DNA of 42,802 nucleotides, taken from the NCBI GenBank assembly GCA_043751475.1, contig JAYUZV010000039.1:1-42802 (forward strand), read 5' to 3'. Below are positions 18,302 through 27,523 of the stretch, piece by piece. This DNA comes from Chlamydiia bacterium (GTDB lineage Bacteria > Chlamydiota > Chlamydiia > Chlamydiales > JAYUZV01). Made by a program: the position numbers and the translations under genes. Position 1 is the first letter of the stretch. Each line of letters opens with the position of its first letter. The notes under the pieces were generated by a model, which was not told where the DNA came from, ran no database searches, and was given only the letters and a program-made list of their open reading frames with translations.

Positions 18302-18321
18302 AGTTCAAACCCTTTTTACTG

Positions 18322-19083
18322 GTGAAAATGAGACGTGTAAGAGATGGAGAGGTCGAGTGGCTAACCTTCGATCTGCTAAATAACCATAAAGAGATTAAGC
18401 ACGCGGTTTTTCTGCGAAAAGGAGGCAGTAGCTCGCCTCCTTACGCATCGCTAAACTTTAGTTATTCAAGCGGTGACACTCCCAATTGTGTTGCAGCAAA
18501 TAGAGCTAAAGCGTGTGCTATTTTGGGGTGCGAAAAGGAGTATATCGGCAAGCTTATGCATGGAAAAGCTGTGCGCGAGGTCAGAAGAGACTCTGCCCAG
18601 CAGTTAGAGGCGTGCGATGGTCTGATGAGCGCAGAAAAAAATCTTGGGCTGCTGACAACTCACGCCGACTGCCAGGCGACATTTTTCTACGACCCGGTAA
18701 AAAAGGTAGCCGCCGTTGTCCACTGCGGCTGGCGCGGCAATGTGTTTGATATTTATGGCGAAACAGTAAAAAGCCTTCACGCTCGGTACGGATCAAATCC
18801 GGCAGATATTTTGGCATGCGTGGGCCCTAGTTTAGGACCCTCACATGCAGAATTCATCAACTATAAGCAAGAATTTCCGGAAGAATTTTGGGAGTTTCAG
18901 CCGCACCCTTTTCACTTTAATTTGTGGGAAATTGCGCGTATGCAGCTAAAGCGTGCAGGACTCCTTACCCATCATATTGAAATTGCCGCGCTTTGCACTT
19001 TTGAAAATAGCAGCGACTTCTTCTCCTACCGAAGAGAAGGCGCTGCCTCCGGTCGCCACGGCTCCATGCTCCTATTGGTTTAA
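18322..19083 (+). CDS. pgeF: Peptidoglycan editing factor PgeF / YfiH (purine nucleoside phosphorylase, laccase-domain family)
   Basis: RKGGSS.PPYASLN, THADCQ, VHCGWRG, VGPS, LCT..FFSYRR. The start may be ATG 18328. Confidence 0.9.
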   Translation: MKMRRVRDGEVEWLTFDLLNNHKEIKHAVFLRKGGSSSPPYASLNFSYSSGDTPNCVAANRAKACAILGCEKEYIGKLMHGKAVREVRRDSAQQLEACDGLMSAEKNLGLLTTHADCQATFFYDPVKKVAAVVHCGWRGNVFDIYGETVKSLHARYGSNPADILACVGPSLGPSHAEFINYKQEFPEEFWEFQPHPFHFNLWEIARMQLKRAGLLTHHIEIAALCTFENSSDFFSYRREGAASGRHGSMLLLV

Positions 19084-19154
19084 CCGTTTTCATCACCTTT
19101 TTTCAACGCAAAGAAGCAAAGGGTCGGTTTGCGCCTTTGTATTAAAGGAGCAGC

Positions 19155-20156
19155 TTAGAGGTAGATCGAGAGGGCGACGATGTAGGTAGTGAATTGTGAT
19201 GTGTTACGACCCGCAAGTGTCCAATGGACGCCAGCGATTAAACCGAAGGCTGAATTCCAATTATACTCAATGGCAGGAGCTATTGAGAGCTGCTCTGCAA
19301 CACCTGAACCAACCGGTGATAATGCGGGTGTTGTCCCATGAAAACTAACAGCATTGGCATAACTATAAATGGCGTCAAAGGCAAGCGCTAGGTGTTTAGA
19401 AAAGAGATACTCCGCACCGAAAGAGAGGGTATAAACACCACCCACTTTTGCAGTGCCATCTGTAGAGGGCGCGCCGCCGTAAACATTGAGCCCGTTAACA
19501 TGCGTTTTAAAAGGAATGGTATAATCAAAAGCCAGACGCGCATTCAAATAGTGCCGCTCATCAAGGTGATAGGTATCCCCAAAAGTAACGCCAACCGTTG
19601 TATTCCAATTTCCGGCTCCAACTCCGTCAATGCCCAATTTTGTAGGGTCGAGATTCTGAAATTTACCAAAAGGAATATTTTCACTGACGCTTAATTTAAT
19701 ACTTGGTAGGGGGCTACCTGCACTTGACTTGTAAATCTGGAAATCAATACCCGCACTCATGTCGCCAAATTCTGTAGCGTGTAAACCCTTAAATTTCGTG
19801 TGTATCAGCTCAGCTGAAGCGGAAAAATCGATTCCCTCGACAAGGCCAATAGTAGCCGGCAGCTGAACAGTTGTTGTCCATTTAGTTTCCTCTGAAACAC
19901 TCTTCCAATTGTCGTCATAACTGCCAAAGGTCTTATTTACATAGAGGTAAGGCTCGATATAAAAATGGCCCGGTGCAACAACATTTGGCGAAGGAGAGAG
20001 AAGTGTTCCTGTAAACCAAGGACCATTGTCTACCGATTCCGGCGGCTGAATAAAACCACCCTTGCCACCTTTGCCAGCTTTTCCACCTTTAGCATGAGCA
20101 GGAGATGCTGTAAAAAGTGCGACAAGCAGCGCAGCCGATGCGAGATATTTGTTCAT
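19155..20156 (-). CDS. Putative outer-membrane beta-barrel protein
   Basis: Signal peptide (..PAHA/K), GPWFTGTLL and YIEPYLY motifs, alternating aromatic strands, terminal strand VALSIYL. Confidence 0.7.
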   Translation of the reverse strand: MNKYLASAALLVALFTASPAHAKGGKAGKGGKGGFIQPPESVDNGPWFTGTLLSPSPNVVAPGHFYIEPYLYVNKTFGSYDDNWKSVSEETKWTTTVQLPATIGLVEGIDFSASAELIHTKFKGLHATEFGDMSAGIDFQIYKSSAGSPLPSIKLSVSENIPFGKFQNLDPTKLGIDGVGAGNWNTTVGVTFGDTYHLDERHYLNARLAFDYTIPFKTHVNGLNVYGGAPSTDGTAKVGGVYTLSFGAEYLFSKHLALAFDAIYSYANAVSFHGTTPALSPVGSGVAEQLSIAPAIEYNWNSAFGLIAGVHWTLAGRNTSQFTTYIVALSIYL

Positions 20157-20214
20157 AGAAGAGTAACCTCTTAATATATTAAAGAATATCCCTAATCTTA
20201 TAAGAAAGATTCGT

Positions 20215-20607
20215 TTATTGTCTTACTGTTTTTAAGTAGATGGTGCACACATCTCCTGGTAGCAAGAGAAGCGATGAGGGATCAAGAGCATCTACCTCTT
20301 TCCATTTCAGTAGATAAGTGACATCTCCACGCTCAATTTTTATCCGGGATAAGGGGCCAAGTTTATCTGCTGAAACCACGGCAAGAACGGCGAGTTTTAA
20401 AGAACGCGCCCTTAAAACAGGTAGCGTCTCTAGCGGCTGATCTTCAAGGCCAATATAGACAGCCGCCTGTTTAACCTTGCGCTTTTTTGATGGCTTCAGT
20501 GGAACTGCATGAGAGTCGACAAGAAACTCCTCAGCTCCTAAATAGGAGCGCCCTCTTTCATGATAACAGCCTGAAAAGAAAAGGAGAAGAAGCAGAAAAT
20601 ATTTCAT
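20215..20607 (-). CDS. Small lipoprotein, possibly a reduced Wza/SLBB-type polysaccharide export protein
   Basis: Lipobox FSG-C; C-terminal LLLPGDVCTI resembles the end of an SLBB domain; ATG overlaps the nnrD stop. Confidence 0.55.
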   Translation of the reverse strand: MKYFLLLLLFFSGCYHERGRSYLGAEEFLVDSHAVPLKPSKKRKVKQAAVYIGLEDQPLETLPVLRARSLKLAVLAVVSADKLGPLSRIKIERGDVTYLLKWKEVDALDPSSLLLLPGDVCTIYLKTVRQ

Positions 20608-21494
20608 GGCGTGATAAAAGGAAATTCTAATTTTAATAGAGCTCTTGGCAGTAATTTTAACATATCTGAGGCGATCATCCCGCGCGACCCATATTTAGCG
20701 GCAGCAAACTCACCAGCCCGCGCATGAATATAAACCCCAATAATAGCCGCCTTATGAGCCTCTATACCAGAAGCAAGCAGTGCCCCGATGGCGCCTGTTA
20801 AAAGATCCCCCGTACCAGCTGTTGCCATGCCGGGATCACCATGGGGCATCACAATCACCTTTTGACCTGGATGAAAAATATAGGTCGGGTAGCCCTTCAA
20901 AACAAGCGTGCATTGTCTATCTTGTGCAAAGTCATTGCACTGCTGCAAAAATGTTGACGCGTCAGCTTTTTGCAGCAGCCTTTTCATCTCGCCGCGATGG
21001 GGTGTTAAGACGCTATTTTTAAGGATCGTTCCAACTGGAAGATGGTAGAGAGCGTCCGCATCAATCACCATAGGCACTGTAGTTTGCTCTAAAACTCTTT
21101 TAACAAGTAGTGCCGTATCTTGTGAACGGCCCATACCGGGGCCAATTAGCAGAGCATCTGCGCGCGCGAGCTCACTTGTAAAGCTCTCCATATTATCTGC
21201 GTTAATCGAGGCACAAATCAGCTCAATAGCTGCCCTATGCAAATGACCCTCTATTTCAGGCGGATGAAAAAGACGGACGATGCCGCAGCCACAACGCAGG
21301 GCACTACTGGTCGCTAAAATAGCCGCCCCTTCCATACCAGCGGAGCCGGCAACAGCGAGCAGATAACCGGCGTCATACTTATTCTGATCACGCGCTAATT
21401 TAGGTAAAAAAGTAGCTATTTCAAACGAATCAATGAGATAAGCGCCACCTTCAATTCCGTCTGAAAATACGCTATCTGCTGCTTCTAATTTCAC
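20604..21494 (-). CDS. nnrD: ADP-dependent NAD(P)H-hydrate dehydratase (dehydratase domain only)
   Basis: VAGSAGMEGAA, IGPGMGR, VIDADAL, LTPHRGEM, VLKG, ATAGTGDLLTG. Confidence 0.9.
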   Translation of the reverse strand: MKLEAADSVFSDGIEGGAYLIDSFEIATFLPKLARDQNKYDAGYLLAVAGSAGMEGAAILATSSALRCGCGIVRLFHPPEIEGHLHRAAIELICASINADNMESFTSELARADALLIGPGMGRSQDTALLVKRVLEQTTVPMVIDADALYHLPVGTILKNSVLTPHRGEMKRLLQKADASTFLQQCNDFAQDRQCTLVLKGYPTYIFHPGQKVIVMPHGDPGMATAGTGDLLTGAIGALLASGIEAHKAAIIGVYIHARAGEFAAAKYGSRGMIASDMLKLLPRALLKLEFPFITP

Positions 21495-22513
21495 AACTTC
21501 TCCTCAGGTTTTACATCGCGTGTCAGAAGCATTTTAACAGCATCAAGAGGTTTAACACCCTTGCGCAAAACTGCATAGACACCTTCTGTAATAGGGAGGT
21601 CAATACCGAGTTTTAGTCCGAGATCACGCGCCGCTAAACAGGTGGATATCCCCTCAACAACCATCTTAATCTCCGCTTTGGCTTCGGACTCAGAATAGCC
21701 ACGCGCAATGAGCTGGCCAAAGCGGTGGTTACGGCTTAAGTTCGATGCGCATGTCACGCAGAGATCGCCCATACCAGCAAGGCCATTAATTGTCTCGGGA
21801 AGACACTCGCCCTCTGCGCCAACTCTTGTTGCTAGCTTGCGAATTTCATGTAAACCCCGCGTCATTAAAGCAGACTTGCTATTGTCACCAAAACCAAGCC
21901 CATCTGAAATTCCGCAGGCAATAGCAATGATGTTTTTCATAGCACCACTAAAGGAGACCCCTTTGATATCGGGATTTGGATAGACTCTAAAAAAGTCAGT
22001 GGTAAAAAGAGCTCGGATATCGTCCATGATCTGCCTATCGTAGGCCGAGCAGACAACAGATGTCGGCTGCTTAATATGCAGCTCTTTGGCAAGCGATGGC
22101 CCACTAATAGTGCCGATATATTTTTTATAAGCGCTTCCTAAAATCTCGGTGACCACTTCGTGCATCAGCAGGCCACTCTCTTGTTCAATTCCTTTAGATG
22201 TCAAAACAATCGGTATGGATATAACTCCCAATTCCTTTAACTGCTGAAAGACGGGCCGAATACCACCGGCTGTAACCGATTCAACAATAAAGTCGACACC
22301 CTGGACCGTCTGTGCAATTTCTTTGCAGAGGGTAATATTCGGATCAATTCCACCATCAAGTGACGGGTGGCACCCCTCATTTTTCATCATGTTAAAGCGC
22401 TTTTCACTTCCCGGCCAGAGGTTGACCTTATGACCTTTTCTAGCTAGCAGCGTAGCAAGACAAAAACCCCAAGCACCACCACCCAAATAACCAATTTTTT
22501 TAAGCTCTGACAT
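21491..22513 (-). CDS. gpsA: NAD(P)H-dependent glycerol-3-phosphate dehydrogenase
   Basis: GGGAWG, SKGIE, SGPSLA, KNIIAIACG, GMGDLCVTC..SRN, VEG. Confidence 0.96.
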   Translation of the reverse strand: MSELKKIGYLGGGAWGFCLATLLARKGHKVNLWPGSEKRFNMMKNEGCHPSLDGGIDPNITLCKEIAQTVQGVDFIVESVTAGGIRPVFQQLKELGVISIPIVLTSKGIEQESGLLMHEVVTEILGSAYKKYIGTISGPSLAKELHIKQPTSVVCSAYDRQIMDDIRALFTTDFFRVYPNPDIKGVSFSGAMKNIIAIACGISDGLGFGDNSKSALMTRGLHEIRKLATRVGAEGECLPETINGLAGMGDLCVTCASNLSRNHRFGQLIARGYSESEAKAEIKMVVEGISTCLAARDLGLKLGIDLPITEGVYAVLRKGVKPLDAVKMLLTRDVKPEEKL

Positions 22514-23684
22514 ACCCGCTCCCCTCCGCTAAATTCTTTCCCTTCCACTTTTGCAGGGTCTCTTCTGTAGGATAGTAGAAGTCTGCTGCTAATTCAAATT
22601 TTTTATTGTCAGCAGACGCTCCAGTGACACGCTTAAACTGAAGCCTATCGCGCACTTGTAGCGCCGCCTGCACACTATCAAAACTATCCGGACCTGTCCT
22701 GTTTTTTAAGGGTGCAAAAATCTCTTCACGGGGGAAAGCAACCACACCAAAGCGCTTACCGCTGCGAAAATTATCAAAGATAAAGCTCTCAAATTTATAA
22801 AGACCAGATTTCTCGGCCACATGAAGTGGCAAAGCTGTAACCTCTGCCGCACACGCCTTAATAAACTCCATCGAAAAGAGATAGATCCCACTATTTCCAA
22901 GCGGATATTTGTCGCTGAGTAAATCCGCTTCACTGCACTCAAAGTAATCCGCAACGGCCAACCTCCCATCAACCTCTCCAAGTAACCCCATCTTCTTATC
23001 ATCAGCGCTGCGAATGACGCCAACTAGCGTCACATCATTATTTTTCTGGGCTTGCAATCCAAGCAAGTCTAAATCAAACGGATCTGCAAGTGCATTATCG
23101 ATAGAAAGAGTTGTGACAGAAGAAACACCACGCGATTCGAAAAGTTTAGCAAGTCCTGTCTGCATAAAAAGCGAGAGAACCTCTCCATTGCCATTTGGCG
23201 CGCAGACTACATCACCATTCTTATCAAAAATGGCCTCTCCATTTTTATTTAACGAGGGCAGCATCCCTTGCTCAAAAATTTCAATCTGCTCCTTTTGCAG
23301 CCCAAAATAGTTGCCCTCCACCAGATGCTCTTCAATAGCCCTGCTATTTAATGGTGAAACCATAATAGCAAGCGGAATCTGCCGGCCATACTTTTTGCCC
23401 GCTGCTACAACCTTTTCGCACATCAAATGTAAAAGGGTTTTACATCTAAAACGCGTCACAGGGATCAGCGCTTTTGGCAGATCACTTCCAAGCCTACTCC
23501 CTTGCCCTCCCGCCAGCAAAAGCACCCCAATCTTCCTGTCGAAAAGCAGCTGCTCACCGATCTTCTGGCGCTCGAGATCTCCGCGGTTTTCAAATGTTTC
23601 TAGTGGAGCCAGATGAATTACCTTTTTCTCATGCTCAAGATGCTCCCGCAGCCTACCCACCACCTTGCCTAAAAGCTCATCCAC
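22500..23684 (-). CDS. Eukaryote-type UDP-N-acetylglucosamine/UDP-sugar pyrophosphorylase (UAP1/AGX family)
   Basis: LLAGGQGSRLG..PK, PNGNG, IDNAL, KFESFIFD, FAPLKN. GTG at 23684 has a GGAGG RBS just upstream; the track ORF starts at 23729. Confidence 0.88.
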   Translation of the reverse strand: MDELLGKVVGRLREHLEHEKKVIHLAPLETFENRGDLERQKIGEQLLFDRKIGVLLLAGGQGSRLGSDLPKALIPVTRFRCKTLLHLMCEKVVAAGKKYGRQIPLAIMVSPLNSRAIEEHLVEGNYFGLQKEQIEIFEQGMLPSLNKNGEAIFDKNGDVVCAPNGNGEVLSLFMQTGLAKLFESRGVSSVTTLSIDNALADPFDLDLLGLQAQKNNDVTLVGVIRSADDKKMGLLGEVDGRLAVADYFECSEADLLSDKYPLGNSGIYLFSMEFIKACAAEVTALPLHVAEKSGLYKFESFIFDNFRSGKRFGVVAFPREEIFAPLKNRTGPDSFDSVQAALQVRDRLQFKRVTGASADNKKFELAADFYYPTEETLQKWKGKNLAEGSGYVRA

Positions 23685-24783
23685 GCTTTGCCTCCTCTTC
23701 CTTAAACGCCTGATAAACCATATCAACACTCACCCCTTTCATGCACCTATGATCAATCGGACAGTGTTTCTGATAACAAGGTGAGCAGCCCACCACATGC
23801 TTAACAACAGATCCCCAGCGATAGGGCCTCATTTCGACGTTGCTGGATGAACCAAAAATAGCGACTAGTGGCACTTGAAGAGCTGCTGCAATATGCATAG
23901 GACCACTATCAATTGCAATCACACACTTGCTTAGCTTAACGATCCCCATCATTTCGCGAATTGTTGTCTCTCCTGCCAAGTTTATCACTTGGTAACCCTG
24001 ACCATCAAAGGCCTTTTCTATTACACCCCTATGCGTTTTGTTACCAATAACAACAATAAAAAGCGCTGGATTTTCTTTCTGTATTTTATCAGCGAGCTCC
24101 CTGAAGCGCTCCACACCCCAATGGCGAGCCGTACCATGGCTGCATAAAGGAGAAAATACGACGATTTCAGCCTCTTTTGGAACACCCTTTTTTAATAAAA
24201 AATTCCGAGCACTAACCACTTCTTCTTCTGAAACAAGCAGAATGGGGCACTGCTCAAAATAGGTGACACCGATTGGTGCTAGCAAACACTGGTGCTTTTC
24301 GACATCGGGGATCTGTTTTTCGTTTGGGTTGGGATCGATCAGATGCGTCATAAAAACTTTACACAAGTATTTGTTTTTACTTAAATAGCCCAATCTAACC
24401 CGAATTCTTGCCAAAAAACAGCAAATTAACTGTGATTTACATACCTTGCTAGATCCATCTCGATAGAGAATAATAGCGAGGTTCATTCCTCTAAGTTTTT
24501 TCGCTGTTTTAAATATCTCAATCCATCTAACAAAAAAAGAGCGCGATCTAAAATTCGAGGTCCTGTAAACCCTATCAATATCCGGATGCCCCTTTAAAAC
24601 TTCTTCACACGAAGGGTTGTTAGATAAAAAGGTAATATGCGCATCTGGATATTTTGTTCTTAGAGCGGTGCAGACAGGAATCGCGACAACCATGTCACCG
24701 AGTGCGCTTGGAGCGCACACAACAATTTTTTTGGGAGCCAAATCTTCTATTAACTCCTCTCGATTAATCTTCACTGCTAACAC
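23677..24783 (-). CDS. GT9 glycosyltransferase (WaaF/heptosyltransferase II-like), paralog C
   Basis: PSALGDMV, NLAGETT, IDSGPMHIAAAL..P.VAIFG, C-terminal CSPC....CPIDHRCM. Confidence 0.9.
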   Translation of the reverse strand: MLAVKINREELIEDLAPKKIVVCAPSALGDMVVAIPVCTALRTKYPDAHITFLSNNPSCEEVLKGHPDIDRVYRTSNFRSRSFFVRWIEIFKTAKKLRGMNLAIILYRDGSSKVCKSQLICCFLARIRVRLGYLSKNKYLCKVFMTHLIDPNPNEKQIPDVEKHQCLLAPIGVTYFEQCPILLVSEEEVVSARNFLLKKGVPKEAEIVVFSPLCSHGTARHWGVERFRELADKIQKENPALFIVVIGNKTHRGVIEKAFDGQGYQVINLAGETTIREMMGIVKLSKCVIAIDSGPMHIAAALQVPLVAIFGSSSNVEMRPYRWGSVVKHVVGCSPCYQKHCPIDHRCMKGVSVDMVYQAFKEEEAKRG

Positions 24784-24799
24784 CTTTTTCTAATTCTCT

Positions 24800-25135
24800 C
24801 TAAAAAGCCTGGTAGACCATATCAACACTCACCCGCTTCATACAGCGATGGTTGATAGGAGACGTATGCAGCGCACAGGATAGACAGCCAACCTGACTTT
24901 TGACAACGCTCCCAACGCGGTAGGAGCTTGTTTCAACTAAGGTGACCGATCCTATCATTGCGACAAGCGATTTTTTAAGCGCAACCCCGATATGCATCGC
25001 GCCCGTATCAATAGTAATTAGGGCGTTGCTAATTTTAATCAGCACAAAGACCTCTCTAAGTGTTGTCTGCCCAGCAAGAGAGATAATGCGCCCCATTTCT
25101 GAGGGCCCAGCTCCTGCTCAATCACTTGCCGATTG
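24800..25135 (-). pseudogene. Duplicated 3' fragment of the GT9 gene at 26273-27406
   Basis: Nearly colinear with ~26308-26642 with scattered substitutions, a 1-bp indel at the C-tract (CCCCCC to CCCCA), a premature TAG and a Cys-to-Ser change in the C-terminal motif; no N-terminal domain. Confidence 0.85.
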
Positions 25136-25157
25136 TCCGTCTCTTGCTCTCTTTTTT

Positions 25158-26276
25158 TTATTTTATCCATGCATCCGCCTTCTGTTTACCTAACTCTTCT
25201 TGAAAAGCTCGGTAGACCATATCGACGCTAACCCCTGTCATACAGCGGTGGTCGATAGGACAGAGGTGAAGAAGACATGGCGAGCAAGCGACCCGTTGTT
25301 TCACCACACGGCCCCACCCATAAGGACCTGTTTCCACATCGCTTGAAGCGCCAAAAATTGCGACAAGAGGCACTCTTAGCGCTGCAGCAAGATGCATAAT
25401 ACCTGTGTCAACTGTAATGACGCCTCTACTGATTTTAACTAGGCCCATCAGCTCCCGAACGGTTGTCCCCCCCATAAAGGAGATCACGCGCGGCGATAAA
25501 CCTCGAATTGCTTCCTCAATTGTATTTCGATAATGATCAGACCCGACAAAAAGAATAAATACTGTTTTATCTTCCTCTATAAATCTTTTCACCAGCTCAA
25601 TAAATCGATTTAAATCCCAGTTTTTTGCTTTGTCGTATGGAGCTGCTTTCGGACTTATAACAAGCAGCTTTGATCCTTTAATATACCCTTTTCCCTCCAG
25701 CCTTTTTAATGCGGAAGTTTCCTCGTCTGCTGTAACAAAAAGAGTGGGCACCTCGTTAAAGTGAGTAACACCAAGAGAAGCTAAAAGAATCTGATTTTTT
25801 TCAACATCATGTAAATGTTGTCGCATCTTAGGGTTGGGAATAGGGTGGGTAATAAATAAGTTGGCAAACCAGCGCCTGTCAACTGACTCCTTATACGCAA
25901 GCCGGTTTTTAACCCCACCAAAAACAAGCGAGAGCATCGGGCTTCTCTCGTTCCGCATGATGACACCTAACTCATAGGAGGAAAGCTTGCGTCTCATTTC
26001 GGACAGAATCTTAAACTTTTCAATTAGGGACTTGCCCTTGTAATTGGGGTAAAAATAAAGATCATCAACGTCGGAATGACCCTCAAAAACCCTCTCATAT
26101 GAACCAACCGTTTCCGGCTTCCCGCCCATAGCTGTAATATGAGCTTTCGGGTAGAGCATACGTATTTGTTTAAAAACAGGCGCAGCCATAACGGCATCTC
26201 CAAAAAACCTCGGCAGTACAACCACAATCTTTTGTGGATTTAACTTTTTTAGGGCTTCGTATTTACGTTTATTCAC
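25158..26276 (-). CDS. GT9 glycosyltransferase (WaaF-like), paralog B
   Basis: PRFFGDAVM, AKNW, VDTGIMHLAAAL, CSPC....CPIDHRCM. Confidence 0.9.
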   Translation of the reverse strand: MNKRKYEALKKLNPQKIVVVLPRFFGDAVMAAPVFKQIRMLYPKAHITAMGGKPETVGSYERVFEGHSDVDDLYFYPNYKGKSLIEKFKILSEMRRKLSSYELGVIMRNERSPMLSLVFGGVKNRLAYKESVDRRWFANLFITHPIPNPKMRQHLHDVEKNQILLASLGVTHFNEVPTLFVTADEETSALKRLEGKGYIKGSKLLVISPKAAPYDKAKNWDLNRFIELVKRFIEEDKTVFILFVGSDHYRNTIEEAIRGLSPRVISFMGGTTVRELMGLVKISRGVITVDTGIMHLAAALRVPLVAIFGASSDVETGPYGWGRVVKQRVACSPCLLHLCPIDHRCMTGVSVDMVYRAFQEELGKQKADAWIK

Positions 26277-27406
26277 CGATTTGCCTTCTCTTTTGCCATC
26301 TCTTCTTGAAAAGCGCGGTAGACCATATCAACACTCACCCGCTTCATACAGCGATGGTCGATAGGACAGGTATGCAGTGCACAGGATAGACAGCCAACCT
26401 GACTTGTGACAACGCTACCAACGCGATAGGGACTCGTTTCAACTAAGCTGGCCGATCCTATGATTGCGACAAGCGGTTTTTTAAGCGCAACCCCGATATG
26501 CATCGCGCCCGTATCAATAGTAATTAGGGCGTTGCTAATTTTAATCAGCGCAAAGATCTCTCTAAGTGTTGTCTGCCCAGCAAGAGAGATAATGCGCCCC
26601 CCTTTCTGAGGGCCCAGCTCCTGCTCAATCACTTGCCGATTGCGCGGCTCGCCGATAAAAACAACAAAAGCTGACGGGTCTTCAGCAACAATTTTTTGGG
26701 CTAAAAGGACAAACCTCTCCATATCCCAATGTCTGGCTACCGCATTGCCCATCGCCCCTTTTGGGTTGACTGCAATGATTTTTGCCCCCAGCGGACAGCC
26801 GATCCTTCTCACCATTTCCAGGGCCCGCATCTCCTCTTGTTGAGTCACAAAAATTTCTGGCACTTCATCAAAAACTTTCACTCCAAATGGCAAAAGAAGC
26901 TCTTGGTGTCTGCGTATATTGTGCATCACCCATTTCTTTTCCAGCCGACGATGTGTGAGAAAAAATGATTTGACGATGCTGGGAAAATTGAGGTAGGAGT
27001 GTCCGAGGCGCACCTTAACTCCTGCAAGAAAAAAATGAACAGCATGTGAACAGAAGTCCGCCGCGTGCAAAGAGATTGCGAGGTCAAACTGCCCGTTCTT
27101 TAAAAAAGCAATGCGCTCTTTAAATAAGCCCCATTTTTTAATTAACGACCCCTTCCATCGTGGATAGGCGTAGATGTTATCGACATCAGGATTGCCCTCA
27201 AGCGCCGCACCCGAACTGGCGCACATGGCTGTAATATGGGCTTTTGGAAATCTCTTGCGCAAAAGGGTTAAAAGCGGAATAGCCATAATAAGATCGCCCA
27301 AACAGTTTGGCATTTTAACGATGATTTTTTTGGGAAGAAAATTGGAGAGATCTTTCATCGAAAATAAGTGGTTTATTTGAAGTTTTTTCGGGCATGAATC
27401 TAACAT
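26273..27406 (-). CDS. GT9 glycosyltransferase (WaaF-like), paralog A
   Basis: MPNCLGDLIM, SLAGQTTL, IDTGAMHIG, CLSC....CPIDHRCM. The true start may be ATG 27358. Confidence 0.9.
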   Translation of the reverse strand: MLDSCPKKLQINHLFSMKDLSNFLPKKIIVKMPNCLGDLIMAIPLLTLLRKRFPKAHITAMCASSGAALEGNPDVDNIYAYPRWKGSLIKKWGLFKERIAFLKNGQFDLAISLHAADFCSHAVHFFLAGVKVRLGHSYLNFPSIVKSFFLTHRRLEKKWVMHNIRRHQELLLPFGVKVFDEVPEIFVTQQEEMRALEMVRRIGCPLGAKIIAVNPKGAMGNAVARHWDMERFVLLAQKIVAEDPSAFVVFIGEPRNRQVIEQELGPQKGGRIISLAGQTTLREIFALIKISNALITIDTGAMHIGVALKKPLVAIIGSASLVETSPYRVGSVVTSQVGCLSCALHTCPIDHRCMKRVSVDMVYRAFQEEMAKEKANR

Positions 27407-27523
27407 GATTTAGGGATTTTTACAACAAAAGGGAGGGGGTGAATAGCCTTCTATTTATTTTAATCGACAAAACAGAGGGTGCCCAGCTAGAATAAGATCT
27501 ATCAAAGCATTTAAGGTTTTACC

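Noticed and set aside
24800-25135. Template repeat of a diversity-generating retroelement
   Set aside because: Mismatches to paralog A involve all four bases rather than only adenines, and no reverse transcriptase is present.
25467-25473. Phase-variable poly-G tract in a GT9 gene (G7; also G6 at 26597-26602)
   Set aside because: The tracts are short, encode ordinary Gly codons and both genes are in frame; read-level evidence would be needed.
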